Shown here piece after piece: positions 25,084-35,023 of a stretch of 35,440 nt of DNA (within the stretch, counting starts at the first letter, position 1; each line of letters opens with the position of its first letter). The DNA lies in the IMG/VR virus record IMGVR_UViG_3300037704_000270, positions 1 to 35,440 of that record. The stretch is one strand, 5' to 3'. A program made the translations under genes and the position numbers. The notes under the pieces are model-generated. The model saw only the letters and a program-made list of their open reading frames with translations. It was not told the origin of the DNA and did not search any database. Origin of the DNA: a virus (Duplodnaviria; Caudoviricetes).

Positions 25084-25454
25084 CCCAGGTCGCGCGTTGC
25101 CAGGCGCGCGGCCAGCTGCACATTCCCAAGCCAGACGACGATGAACCTGCTGAGTTTGACCAAGCCCTGGCGGCCTTTGGGCTGCAACAGGGTGAGTCTG
25201 ACGATGCGCAGATCCCGGATGACAAGTGCTACCTGTGGCCGTGCAATGTGCCGGTCTTCAACGTCTGGCAGCAGGTGCAAACCCAATGGCGCATTGGCGG
25301 CATGGGTGAGCGCACCGGGCTGGACTACGCGGGCGTTGCCACCCACCTGTATGACGTGGTACGCATCAAGAAACGACGATGGCGTGAGACCTGGATCGGC
25401 CTGCAAGCCATGGAGCGTGCCACGCTGGAAGTGTGGGCCGAAAAAAAGAACTGA
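25080..25454 (+). CDS. Frameshifted chaperone extension (lambda T-like, DUF1799-like)
   Basis: LWPCN...TQWR.G..G.RTGLDYA...LQAMERA; no good independent start. Confidence 0.75.
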   Translation, partial: LAQVARCQARGQLHIPKPDDDEPAEFDQALAAFGLQQGESDDAQIPDDKCYLWPCNVPVFNVWQQVQTQWRIGGMGERTGLDYAGVATHLYDVVRIKKRRWRETWIGLQAMERATLEVWAEKKN

Positions 25455-25464
25455 GAAATAGGCC

Positions 25465-28400
25465 ATGGTCAACGAAGTCAAACTCAAGTTATCGATTGAA
25501 GGCGGCCCTGCGGTCAATGCCACGATGGACTCAGCCGCCAAGGGGCTGGACACCATCGGGCATTCCAGTCGCAACGCGCAAAGCCATTTGTCGGAGTTGA
25601 CCGCGCAGGTGACCCGGTTCACCGGCACCCTGGCCGGCATCGCCAGTGTGCAAAAAGCCATTTCCGCAGCCAGTGATTATTCGGCCTTGACGGCGCGGAT
25701 GTCGTTGCTGGAGGGTGGCTCGAACAGGGCCGCTGCATCGATGCAGACGGTTTATGACATTGCATTGCGCCAGAGCGCAGCCTTGTTCGCCGTGGGTGAC
25801 TCCTACGTCAAGATCGATAAAGTAGTCGCTCAATTGGGCGGTACGGCCAAAGACTCGGCTCAGATTGTGGAGACGGTGGCCGCGTCGCTGCGCGTGGGCA
25901 ACGCCAGTGTTACTGAGTCAACCAGCACCATGCGCCAGTTTGGCCAGGCCATGGCCAAAGGCAAACTCAACGGCGACGAGTTCGTCTCGTTGATGGAGAA
26001 CGCCCCGGATCTGATGGATGCGGTGGCGGTGTCACTGGGCAAGACCAAGGGCGAACTGTTCGCCATGGCCGAGGCCGGGGAGCTTACAGCGCGGGTGTTT
26101 GGCGACGCCGTATTGGCATCGTTCGACAGCATGACGAAAAAAGCCGCCTCCTTGCCGCAAACCGTTGGGCAAGCGATGGAGAACGTGACCACCTCCTTCA
26201 CAAGGGCGGCCGCTGAATCCCGCGTGGTCGGGCTGGCCAGCTCGGCGGCCATGGGGTCGATGGCTGCGGCCGCCGGAAACGCATCGGTCATTCTGGACAG
26301 TCTTGCCACCGTTGCCCTGGTGGCGGTGACGCGGTCCGCCATGCTCGCGGCGGTGGCGCTCAAAGACAAAGTGGCGGCCATGCTGGCTGCAAATGCCGCC
26401 AATGTGGCCACGCTGCAAGCCACCGTGGCGTCCACGCATGCGACCGTGGCGGACACGGCGGCCAAGGGCGTTCAGCTGCAGGCCGGCCTTGCGGCGCTGG
26501 CCATGTCGCGCGCAGAGGTGGTCGCCAAGATGGATGCCACCCGCAGCACCATTGCGCAGGCAACGGCGCAGCTCGCGGCCTCACAAGCGGCCGGCGCGCT
26601 GAGTTTTGCATTGGCCTCGGCGCGTGAAGCCACCAACACCCTGACGGGTGCGCAGGCCCGCCAGGCGGCGCTCATGACTGAACTGACCGTGCTCGGTGTA
26701 CAGCAGGCCGCCGTGCAGACGGCGATTACCCGCGCCAGCGCTGCGCATACCGTAGCCACCCTGGCGCAGACCGAGGCGCAATTGGCGCTCAATGCCGCCA
26801 CCAGTCTGGGCACCAAGCTGATGGGCTTGCTCGGTGGCCCGATCGGCCTGGTGACAACGGTTTTGAGTATTGGCGTATCAGCTTGGGCCTTGTGGGGCAG
26901 CAGCGCCAAGGATGGCGAGCAAAAGGCAGCGGGCGCGATTGAGGCGTCAACCCCCGAGATACTGGACCGAATCAACCAGCAGATTGAACGCATTGAGCGG
27001 CGCAATGCGCTGGCCGGCATGAAAGTTGGCGTTAACGGGCTGGACAGCACCAGCGCCGAGGCCGACAAGCTTGGCGCGCTGCAAATCAGAATAGACCAGG
27101 CCCGGGCCGAAAAGCCATCGCGCCAAGGCGAGGAAGGCCGCATGGTGAGAATCAATGCCTTGCTCGCCGAACAGGGTTTGATTCAGCAAGCCCTGACGGC
27201 TCTTGAGCGCAAGGCGGCGCCAGAGCGCGCCGTCCTGCAACAAAAGGCCATGACCGACGCCATGGTGCAGTACGCCCCCAAAGTGGACAAGGCGACCCAG
27301 GCCGTGAACGACATGCGCAAAGCCCACGGGGCGCTCTTCACCGAAGCGGATGAAAAGAAGGTGCGGGCCTCATTTGCCACGCCCAAAGGCGCAAGCGAAG
27401 CGGCCAAGATGGCACTCGACGCCAAGACGGCCTATTACGAGCAGCTGCAAACCATCGTCACCAGTGGCGAAAAGAGGGCACAAGACGAGCTCAGCGCCCA
27501 GCACGCGGCGGGCCAGATGTCTGACGCCGCCTACTACGCCCAAAAGCGTGACTTGGCCGTCAGCGCCAATACCGGCTTGCAGGCGCTCGCGCAGCTTGAG
27601 ATTGCGGCGGTGCAAAAGTCCGGCCTGGCGCAAAAAGACAAGATCGGGGCCATCGCCAAATACAACGGCGAACTGGTCAAACTCAAGGAAGATGAAAAAG
27701 CCATCGTCAGCAAATACGAAGGCGAGATGCTGGTGGCATCGGCCAAAGCGCAGCGGGAATACGCGGTGGCCATGGGTAAGACGTTGGGCGACAGCCTCAA
27801 TAAAACGAACGGTTTGGACGCTGAAACCCGCGCCCTGCAGTTGCAGACCCAAGCCATCGGCAACCAGGGCATTGCGATCGACAGCATCGCCACGCTGTTG
27901 GCGCGCGAAGAGCTGGCGATCCTCGGCACGGCGCTTGCCACCACGCTGCACAACAAGGCCATTGCGGAGCAGAACGGACTGACCCAGGCACAGGCGAAAA
28001 ACTTCGCCGACACCATTGAGCAGTTAACGGCCTTGAAGAATGCCGCAGCCGGCGTGGCCGGTGCCAGCGCCGATAAAGACGTGGCGCAAGCCGGGCTGGA
28101 TCAGGCCAAACGCCTGTTGGGCGACAAGGCCGCCGACCCGTTCAAGGAATGGGGCGTGAGCCTGCGCGACACCTTTGCCACGGCCGGTGACGGCCTGGCG
28201 CGCATGGTGGATGCCATGGGTGCATTGAGCGAATCCGGCAAGGTGTATGGCCGCGAGATGGCGGTGATTAACGCGCTGCGCAAAGAAGGGGGTAAGGACA
28301 ACATCGAAGCCGCCGCCAAGAACGAGCAGGACCTGATCAAGAAAACCGCGAAAGCCCAGATCGGCGCTTATGCCAGCATGGCGGGTGCCGCCAAGGGCTA

Positions 28401-31400
28401 TTTCAATGAGAAATCTGACGGCTACCGCCTTCTCGACGGGATTGAGAAAACCATGCGCGCCGTTAAGCTGGCGAATATGGTGGCCACTTACGCCATGGAG
28501 AGTGGCCTGGTTACGGCATTCACCGGTTTGTTTGTCACGTCAAAGGCGGTTGAGACCGGGGCGGAAACCGCTAAAACAGGGGGCTCCGTTGTACTTGCCG
28601 GAACCGAGGCGAGCGCCTGGGGCATCACGGCGGTTGTCAAATCCCTCGCCAGCCTGCCGTTCCCGTTTAACCTGGCGGCGGGCGCCGTGACACTGGCCGC
28701 GGTTATCGCCCTTGGCGCCAAAATGGCAGGCGGCGGCGGCGGGGGCGCGCCCAGTGTCAGCATGGACAGCTTCGCCGCCCAAGCCCCCAACACCGGCACC
28801 GGCACCGTCTTTGGCGACGCTGGTGCGCAGAGCAAGTCCATCGAAAACAGCCTGTCGGCGCTGGAGGGCATGGCCCGGCCCGAGCTGGCCTTCACCAGCC
28901 AGATGGTGGCGCTGCTGCGTAGCATCAACGACGGCCTGGCCGGCACCACCAACGCCATTCTGTCGAGCGGCTTTGATTTGTCGGGCGCCAATTTCAGCGG
29001 CACCAGCAGCGCCTCGGGCGGCGGCATCTGGGGCGCCATCTTTGGCTCCAGCTCCAGCAGCACCAGCGTGTCGGATCTGGGCCTGGCGTTTAAAAAGCAG
29101 ACGGTGGCCGAGGCGGCGCGAGCCGTCGAGCTGCAGTCCTACCAGGTGACGCGGCGCGACTGGAGCAAAAGCGGCTTCCTGGGGCTGGGCAGCAAAAGCG
29201 GCACCGACTACAGCACCAGCTTCGCCGACGTCGACGCCCGAGTGAGCGAGTCCATGAGCCTGGTGGTGCAGCGGATGGTGGCGGCCGTCGGTGCCGCCGG
29301 CAGCAAGCTGGGCGCCACGCCGGAGCAACTGGCGGCGATGCAGGGCGTGGACAGCGGCCTGGGCAAAGTCAGCTTGATGGGCAAAACCGGCGACGAGGTG
29401 CAGCAGCTGCTGTCGGCCGTGTTCAGCGCCATGGGCGACAACCTGGCGCAGGCGGTGATGCCATCCCTGGGCGCGTTCCGCAAGGTCGGCGAAGGCTACC
29501 TGGAGACACTGAGCAAAGTAGCGGCCGGCTTGGACGAAGCCACCCTCTACACCGACCGGCTGGGTATCGCCACGGTGTCCCTTAACGACCTCAAGAATAA
29601 GCAAGGGGATGTCGGCGCGGAACTGGTGCGCCAGAGCATTACCGGCGCAGAGACCGTTAATGGCGCGATCTCCGGTATCGGGGACGTGATCCAGAACTTC
29701 AGCGGCGCCGCCTCCGACCTGGCCAGCTTGTACAGCAGCCTGGTGGATGTGCGCATCGCCCTGGTGGCCATGGGCTACAGCGCGGGCGTGGTCACCAGCG
29801 ACCTGCTCAGGGGCGCGGGCGGCATGGATGCGCTGGCCAGTGGCCTCAGTGACTTTCAGTCGGGCTTTCTGAGCCAGTCCGAGCAGTCCGCCATCAAGCG
29901 GGCAAAGATGGACGCCGAGTTCGCCAAACTCGGGCTGGCCACGCCCGCCACGGCTGACGCATTCAAAGCGCTGGTGCTGGGCCTGAAAGGCGGCAACGCC
30001 GCCAGCCAGGAGCTGCTGGGCCGGGTGCTGGTGTTGTCGGGCGGTATGCGTGACCTGGCGGACTCGGTTGACGACGCAGCGAAGGCAGCAGCAGAAGCTC
30101 TCTCAGAGGCCGCAAAAATCTCCGCAGAAGCCATCACCACGCTATTGCAAAGCATGCTTGATGCGTCTCGGTCTGCCATTGATGCATCAATTGCTGCCAT
30201 CGCCGAGGGTGTTGCCGGCCAAAAAACATCTGTCACGGACGCCTACAACACCCAGGCTGAGGCCATCAAAGTAAGCCTGGCTACGGTCGGCGCGAGTATC
30301 AGCAAGCTGCAAAGCCTGTCCAGCTCGCTCAAGTCCACCCTGGATAGCATGCGCATCAGCGGTTCTGACGGGGAGTACCGGGTATTGGCCCAGGCGCAGA
30401 TCAAGGCCGCGCTGGCAACGGCCCGCAGTGGCGGCGGCCTGCCGCTCGACGGCCAGCTGACCAGCGCCCTGGCGACCGTCAGCAAGCCCAGCGAGCAGCT
30501 CTACAGCAACTTTACCGACTACGCCCGTGACTTTTACACGACGGCCAACGACATCGCCGCATTGGGCGACCTGACCGGTGCGCAACTGACAGCAGACGAG
30601 TTAACGCAAAAGCTGCTGACGACACAAAACGAGACCCTTAAAGCCGGGTTTGACGCCGAGATCAAGCGCCTGGATGCCGTGGTGACAGCAGCCCAGACCC
30701 AGGTGGATGGGGTCACAAAGATGACCGGTGCCATCACGTCGCTGACCGACGCGCTGGCGACGTGGACCGCGACACTTGGCGCCACCCTGTCCAACACCAT
30801 GGCGACAGCGTTTGCCACGATCGACGCGAACCAATCCAGCGGCATCGACTGGCCCGAGTTTCAAAAATCCTTTGGCAGCATGGCGTCAGAAGCCACGTTG
30901 CGAACCCTGTTTAAAGCCAGCGACTACAACGGTGACGGCCACATCAGCCAGTTGGAGGCGATTAACGCCAACACCAAGAACCTGCTGGCCGTCCTGTCGG
31001 TGAGCGGTGCCGGCGGCAAATCAGCAGGCGCTGGCGTCTACAGCGGCACGACTGTGGCCGCAGCCATTGACGCCATGACAACAGCCGGCGCAAGCGCTGC
31101 GCAGATCATTGCCGCCGCCAGCGCGAACTACGGCGTCACATCCTCCAGCGTGGCGCAAATAGCAGCCGTCACGGGCAACACGGCGATTGTGGATTATCAA
31201 AATCAGGCCAATGCCGCAACCGCACTTAGCCAGCCGACGCGCGACAGCATCACAGCGCAGGCCATGGCAATAGCAGCGGCGCAAGGCATCAGTGCCGAGA
31301 GGGCCTTGTATGACTACGCAAGAGCCAACAACATTAACGCCGCCACGGTGGATAAGCTGATGGGCTACCCCAACGGCACCAGTAATTCGTGGGCATCCGC

Positions 31401-31704
31401 CAACGGACTGCCGGCCTTTGCCGGTGGCGGGGATCACTTCGGCGGCGCGCGACTGGTCGGTGAAAACGGGCCAGAAATTGAGGTCACCGGACCCAGCCGA
31501 ATCTTCAGCGCCAGTCAGACGCGCTCCATGTTGCAAAGCGGTGGGGCGAACAACGAGGAGGTGGTTGCCGAGCTGCGCGCGATGTCAAAAAGGCTCGAAA
31601 AGATCGAAGCCAACACCAAGGCCACAGCAGGCCACACGGCGGGCACAGACCGCAAGTTGGCCCGCGTCATCCCCGGAAACGCCATGATCACCGAGGTCGC
31701 ATAA
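25465..31704 (+). CDS. Tail tape measure protein (2079 aa)
   Basis: N-terminal tape-measure domain (QFGQAMAKGKLNGDEFVSLMENAP), Ala-rich helices, C-terminal FAGGG...LVGENGPE. Confidence 0.93.
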   Translation: MVNEVKLKLSIEGGPAVNATMDSAAKGLDTIGHSSRNAQSHLSELTAQVTRFTGTLAGIASVQKAISAASDYSALTARMSLLEGGSNRAAASMQTVYDIALRQSAALFAVGDSYVKIDKVVAQLGGTAKDSAQIVETVAASLRVGNASVTESTSTMRQFGQAMAKGKLNGDEFVSLMENAPDLMDAVAVSLGKTKGELFAMAEAGELTARVFGDAVLASFDSMTKKAASLPQTVGQAMENVTTSFTRAAAESRVVGLASSAAMGSMAAAAGNASVILDSLATVALVAVTRSAMLAAVALKDKVAAMLAANAANVATLQATVASTHATVADTAAKGVQLQAGLAALAMSRAEVVAKMDATRSTIAQATAQLAASQAAGALSFALASAREATNTLTGAQARQAALMTELTVLGVQQAAVQTAITRASAAHTVATLAQTEAQLALNAATSLGTKLMGLLGGPIGLVTTVLSIGVSAWALWGSSAKDGEQKAAGAIEASTPEILDRINQQIERIERRNALAGMKVGVNGLDSTSAEADKLGALQIRIDQARAEKPSRQGEEGRMVRINALLAEQGLIQQALTALERKAAPERAVLQQKAMTDAMVQYAPKVDKATQAVNDMRKAHGALFTEADEKKVRASFATPKGASEAAKMALDAKTAYYEQLQTIVTSGEKRAQDELSAQHAAGQMSDAAYYAQKRDLAVSANTGLQALAQLEIAAVQKSGLAQKDKIGAIAKYNGELVKLKEDEKAIVSKYEGEMLVASAKAQREYAVAMGKTLGDSLNKTNGLDAETRALQLQTQAIGNQGIAIDSIATLLAREELAILGTALATTLHNKAIAEQNGLTQAQAKNFADTIEQLTALKNAAAGVAGASADKDVAQAGLDQAKRLLGDKAADPFKEWGVSLRDTFATAGDGLARMVDAMGALSESGKVYGREMAVINALRKEGGKDNIEAAAKNEQDLIKKTAKAQIGAYASMAGAAKGYFNEKSDGYRLLDGIEKTMRAVKLANMVATYAMESGLVTAFTGLFVTSKAVETGAETAKTGGSVVLAGTEASAWGITAVVKSLASLPFPFNLAAGAVTLAAVIALGAKMAGGGGGGAPSVSMDSFAAQAPNTGTGTVFGDAGAQSKSIENSLSALEGMARPELAFTSQMVALLRSINDGLAGTTNAILSSGFDLSGANFSGTSSASGGGIWGAIFGSSSSSTSVSDLGLAFKKQTVAEAARAVELQSYQVTRRDWSKSGFLGLGSKSGTDYSTSFADVDARVSESMSLVVQRMVAAVGAAGSKLGATPEQLAAMQGVDSGLGKVSLMGKTGDEVQQLLSAVFSAMGDNLAQAVMPSLGAFRKVGEGYLETLSKVAAGLDEATLYTDRLGIATVSLNDLKNKQGDVGAELVRQSITGAETVNGAISGIGDVIQNFSGAASDLASLYSSLVDVRIALVAMGYSAGVVTSDLLRGAGGMDALASGLSDFQSGFLSQSEQSAIKRAKMDAEFAKLGLATPATADAFKALVLGLKGGNAASQELLGRVLVLSGGMRDLADSVDDAAKAAAEALSEAAKISAEAITTLLQSMLDASRSAIDASIAAIAEGVAGQKTSVTDAYNTQAEAIKVSLATVGASISKLQSLSSSLKSTLDSMRISGSDGEYRVLAQAQIKAALATARSGGGLPLDGQLTSALATVSKPSEQLYSNFTDYARDFYTTANDIAALGDLTGAQLTADELTQKLLTTQNETLKAGFDAEIKRLDAVVTAAQTQVDGVTKMTGAITSLTDALATWTATLGATLSNTMATAFATIDANQSSGIDWPEFQKSFGSMASEATLRTLFKASDYNGDGHISQLEAINANTKNLLAVLSVSGAGGKSAGAGVYSGTTVAAAIDAMTTAGASAAQIIAAASANYGVTSSSVAQIAAVTGNTAIVDYQNQANAATALSQPTRDSITAQAMAIAAAQGISAERALYDYARANNINAATVDKLMGYPNGTSNSWASANGLPAFAGGGDHFGGARLVGENGPEIEVTGPSRIFSASQTRSMLQSGGANNEEVVAELRAMSKRLEKIEANTKATAGHTAGTDRKLARVIPGNAMITEVA

Positions 31705-32646
31705 ATGAGCATTGAACCCACCGCCAGCATGATCGTTCCGACGGCCATCACTGACGCCATGCTGGTCAGCTGCACGACTGCCGAGCCTGATGCAGGCGAA
31801 GTGGCGTGGAATGCGGACACCAGCTACCCCGTTGGGGAGGTTGTCATTCGGGCGACCACGCACTGTAAATACGAGTGCCTTATTGATGGTGTGGATGCCG
31901 CCCTGCCAGAAGTCGCGGCACTCGCTATCCCGAAACGCTGGCTCAACATAGGCCCTACAAACAGGTGGGCGCAGTTTGACAAAAAGATCGGCACATCCAC
32001 CCCGTCCACAGGCAACCTCACAACAGTAATCAAACCCGGCAGCACTGAGGGGTTAGCCCTGCTTGATCTCGTGGGCGTAAGCGCATCCATCAGCGCCATA
32101 AGCGCAGCGGGGGGCTCTGTCGTCTATCCTACCCGCACGATTGACCTCGACGGCTCAATTGTCGAGAGCGTTTACGACTGGATGTTTGGCGAGCGGATCC
32201 AAAAACGCAACGTGCTGCTGACCGACCTGCCCGGACAGTATCCGAACATGGAGGTCACCGTCACCGTCAGCAGCACATCAGGCGCGTCCGTGGGCGTGCT
32301 GGCCGTCGGGCGCAGCAGCACACTGGGGAGCACGCAGTACGGGGCGGGCGCCGGCATCATCAATTTCGGCAAGGTGGCCGACGATGGTTTTGGTAACCGC
32401 ACCTGGATCGAAGGTGAGTGGGCCAATCGCGTCACCCTGCCGCTGATCGCCAATACCAGCGACTTCAATCGCCTACACCGCCAGCTCGCCGGCGTGCGCT
32501 CTACCCCTTGCATCTATATCGGCTCAAGCCTTGACAGCATGGAGCCGCTGGTGTGTTACGGCGTGTTCCGCGACCTCTATATCACCGTGCCCAACGGACC
32601 CACCATTGCCCTCAATCTTGAGATTGATGGCATGAATAACTCGTAA
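31705..32646 (+). CDS. Tail tip / minor tail protein
   Basis: Directly after the tape measure; W.....YPVGEVV and W...GPTNRWAQFD motifs. Confidence 0.75.
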   Translation: MSIEPTASMIVPTAITDAMLVSCTTAEPDAGEVAWNADTSYPVGEVVIRATTHCKYECLIDGVDAALPEVAALAIPKRWLNIGPTNRWAQFDKKIGTSTPSTGNLTTVIKPGSTEGLALLDLVGVSASISAISAAGGSVVYPTRTIDLDGSIVESVYDWMFGERIQKRNVLLTDLPGQYPNMEVTVTVSSTSGASVGVLAVGRSSTLGSTQYGAGAGIINFGKVADDGFGNRTWIEGEWANRVTLPLIANTSDFNRLHRQLAGVRSTPCIYIGSSLDSMEPLVCYGVFRDLYITVPNGPTIALNLEIDGMNNS

Positions 32647-32655
32647 AAGGAAGCC

Positions 32656-34278
32656 ATGCCACTTGAACAACTACCCGCACTCGACCGCACGAGCGCGTCG
32701 TTCAAAATTGAGCTTGACGCGTATTTTTTAACCGAACTACCTGCTTTTTCCGTGGGAGTCGAGGCGTTGAGGCTCGAAGTTGTGGCTAATCAGGCAGCAG
32801 CATCCACCGCCGCCAGCACCGCAACCACTCAAGCAGAGCTGGCCACCACCAACGGCGCAGCACAGGTGGCGCTAGCCACCACGCAGGCTGAAAATGCCGA
32901 TGCATCAGCCAGCACTGCTATTACAGAAGCCGGCAATGCTGCTGGTAGCGCCAGCACCGCAGCCGCTCAAGCAGAGCTGGCCACCACCAACGGCGCAGCG
33001 CAGGTGGCGCTAGCCACAACGCAGGCTGAAAATGCGAGCGCCAGTGAATCTGTCGCTACAAGTCAGGCTGGCATCGCAACTGACAAGGCAAGTGAGGCCA
33101 ACGCCAGCGCACTTGCCGCAGCAGCCAGCGCCTCCAGCATTGAAGGTGGGCCAGTTTCCAGCGTGCGCGGGATGACCGGTCTGGTCCTGTCGGACACCTC
33201 CGACGGCATCCCAGGGTTAACAGGGTTTCAGCTCAACCTGAAAAACGCAGCCGGCACGATCACAAGCTGGTTCACAACGGCGGCAACAGCAGCGCGCACT
33301 TGGGCCATGCCAAATAAAGACGGCACAGTGGCGCTGACGAGTGACATCACAGGCGTGAATTCAGGCACCAACACCGGCGACCAAGACCTATCTGAGCTTG
33401 CAACAAAAACCGGCGCTGAGACGCTGACCAACAAAACCCTGACAGCGCCAACGATCAACGGTGTTACCGGCGTAATTGACCTCAATACAGGCGCCGCCGT
33501 TGCCAGCGCAGCCACGGTTAACCTCAACACCGCAACCGGCAACCGAGTCCACATCACAGGCACAACGACCATCACCGCTGTCACGCTGACCCGTGGCCCG
33601 CGTACCGTCATCTTTGACGGCAGTCTGACGCTGACGCACCACGCGACAAACAACAACCTGCCGGGTGCCGCCAACATCGTCACAGCGGCTGGCGACAGGG
33701 CCACGTATGAGAGTGACGGGACGACCGTCTATTGCACATCGTACAACCGGGCGGGCGCGGCGTCAGGTGGTGGCGCCCTGGTTTATCTGTCAACTGTCAC
33801 AGCGGCGGGGGCAGCTTCTGCGGACATCGAGACGGGTTTCAGCGCAACGTATGACGAGTACCTTCTGATCGCCACAGGCGTCAGGAGCGCCGGAAACGTC
33901 TCGATGTTAATGCGCCTGAAAATGGGGGGTGCGTACCTAGAGACTGGGAGTCCCTACGTCTCTCATTGTGATGTGAGTTCATGGGGCAGCACTGCCTACG
34001 CAGGCATTATCGGCGCTACGGCTTATGTACAAATTGGCGGAACCAACCAACTGTATGCTGACGCGACGGCAGTCGTAGCCTTTGAACTCCGCCTGCACGA
34101 CGCGAATTCTGCGCGCTACAAAAATTTCACCACCAAAGGATGGAACGCCTACCACGGGACCAAACTAGATTGCGGCGGGCATGTTGCAAATACAGGGGTA
34201 GTGTCAGGAATACGGATATACCCCAGCAGCGGGACTATCACCGGAACTTTCCGGCTCTACGGCATCAAAAAGGCTTAA
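32656..34278 (+). CDS. Tail fibre / receptor-binding protein
   Basis: Ala/Thr-rich repeats, ETLTNKTLTAPTI shaft motif, C-terminal domain ending GTFRLYGIK. Confidence 0.82.
   Translation: MPLEQLPALDRTSASFKIELDAYFLTELPAFSVGVEALRLEVVANQAAASTAASTATTQAELATTNGAAQVALATTQAENADASASTAITEAGNAAGSASTAAAQAELATTNGAAQVALATTQAENASASESVATSQAGIATDKASEANASALAAAASASSIEGGPVSSVRGMTGLVLSDTSDGIPGLTGFQLNLKNAAGTITSWFTTAATAARTWAMPNKDGTVALTSDITGVNSGTNTGDQDLSELATKTGAETLTNKTLTAPTINGVTGVIDLNTGAAVASAATVNLNTATGNRVHITGTTTITAVTLTRGPRTVIFDGSLTLTHHATNNNLPGAANIVTAAGDRATYESDGTTVYCTSYNRAGAASGGGALVYLSTVTAAGAASADIETGFSATYDEYLLIATGVRSAGNVSMLMRLKMGGAYLETGSPYVSHCDVSSWGSTAYAGIIGATAYVQIGGTNQLYADATAVVAFELRLHDANSARYKNFTTKGWNAYHGTKLDCGGHVANTGVVSGIRIYPSSGTITGTFRLYGIKKA
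32811..33035 (+). repeat. 87-bp direct repeat (32811-32897 and 32949-33035)
   Basis: 83/87 identical, 138-bp period, in frame. Confidence 0.9.
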
Positions 34279-34281
34279 ACC

Positions 34282-34671
34282 ATGGTAAATTTTCGCGCAA
34301 CGTCAGAAGGCAATATCCCGTTCACGGAAGAGGAAGAGGCGGCGTGGCAGGCTGAACAAGACGCATGGCAGGCTGAGGCGCCTGCCGCAGCCGCGCAAGC
34401 GTTGCAAGCCTCCATCATCGCCGCCACCCAGGTCCGACTCGACATGTTCGCCAAGACGCGCAACTACGACGGCATTCTGAGTGCGGCGACCTACGCGACA
34501 AGTGCAATCCCCAAGTTTGCCGCCGAAGGGCAGGCCGCAGTGGCCGCGCGTGATCAAACGTGGGCGGCACTGTACGCACTGATGGGTGAGGTGCAGGCGG
34601 GTGCGCTACCCATGCCCGCCAGCTTTGACGAGGTAGAGGCGCTGTTGCCGACACTGGCGTGGCCGGTATGA
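34282..34671 (+). CDS. Tail fibre-associated / assembly protein
   Basis: RLD.FA.TRNYDGILSAATYATS..PKF.AEG...LP.LAWP; follows the fibre. Confidence 0.7.
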   Translation: MVNFRATSEGNIPFTEEEEAAWQAEQDAWQAEAPAAAAQALQASIIAATQVRLDMFAKTRNYDGILSAATYATSAIPKFAAEGQAAVAARDQTWAALYALMGEVQAGALPMPASFDEVEALLPTLAWPV

Positions 34672-34994
34672 CTCGCCTCAAACTGCTGCCGCTTTGGCTG
34701 CTCTGCCTGCTCGGTGGCCTCATCGCCGCCGTGTGGATGCTGTGCGCCGTCCTGGCCAGCCCGCGCCGCGCCCTGCTGATCGCCAAGGGGTTCGACCAGT
34801 TGGGCAATGCCACGGGCGGCGGCGACGAGGACGAGTTCATTAGCTCCCGTGCCTGGCGCAATCGCGCAGACCCGGCGTATGCCCGCCTGGTGCGGGTGAT
34901 CAACTGGCTTTTTAACGACCCCGCGCACTGTCGTGACAGTTACGAGTCGGAGCGTGCGCGCCTGCAGTCACGGGCATTGGGGCCGCAGGAATGA
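34668..34994 (+). CDS. Phage hypothetical membrane protein
   Basis: N-terminal TM; DQLGNA..GGDEDE.ISSR...INWLF.DP.HC. Confidence 0.75.
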   Translation: MTRLKLLPLWLLCLLGGLIAAVWMLCAVLASPRRALLIAKGFDQLGNATGGGDEDEFISSRAWRNRADPAYARLVRVINWLFNDPAHCRDSYESERARLQSRALGPQE

Positions 34995-35023
34995 CCGGTA
35001 GGTGATGGCAGCGGGAAAATCGT

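Noticed and set aside
32656-34994. Diversity-generating retroelement or invertible fibre cassette
   Set aside because: No reverse transcriptase, invertase, inverted second fibre or template/variable repeat pair; the 87-bp repeat is in the N-terminal shaft, not the tip.
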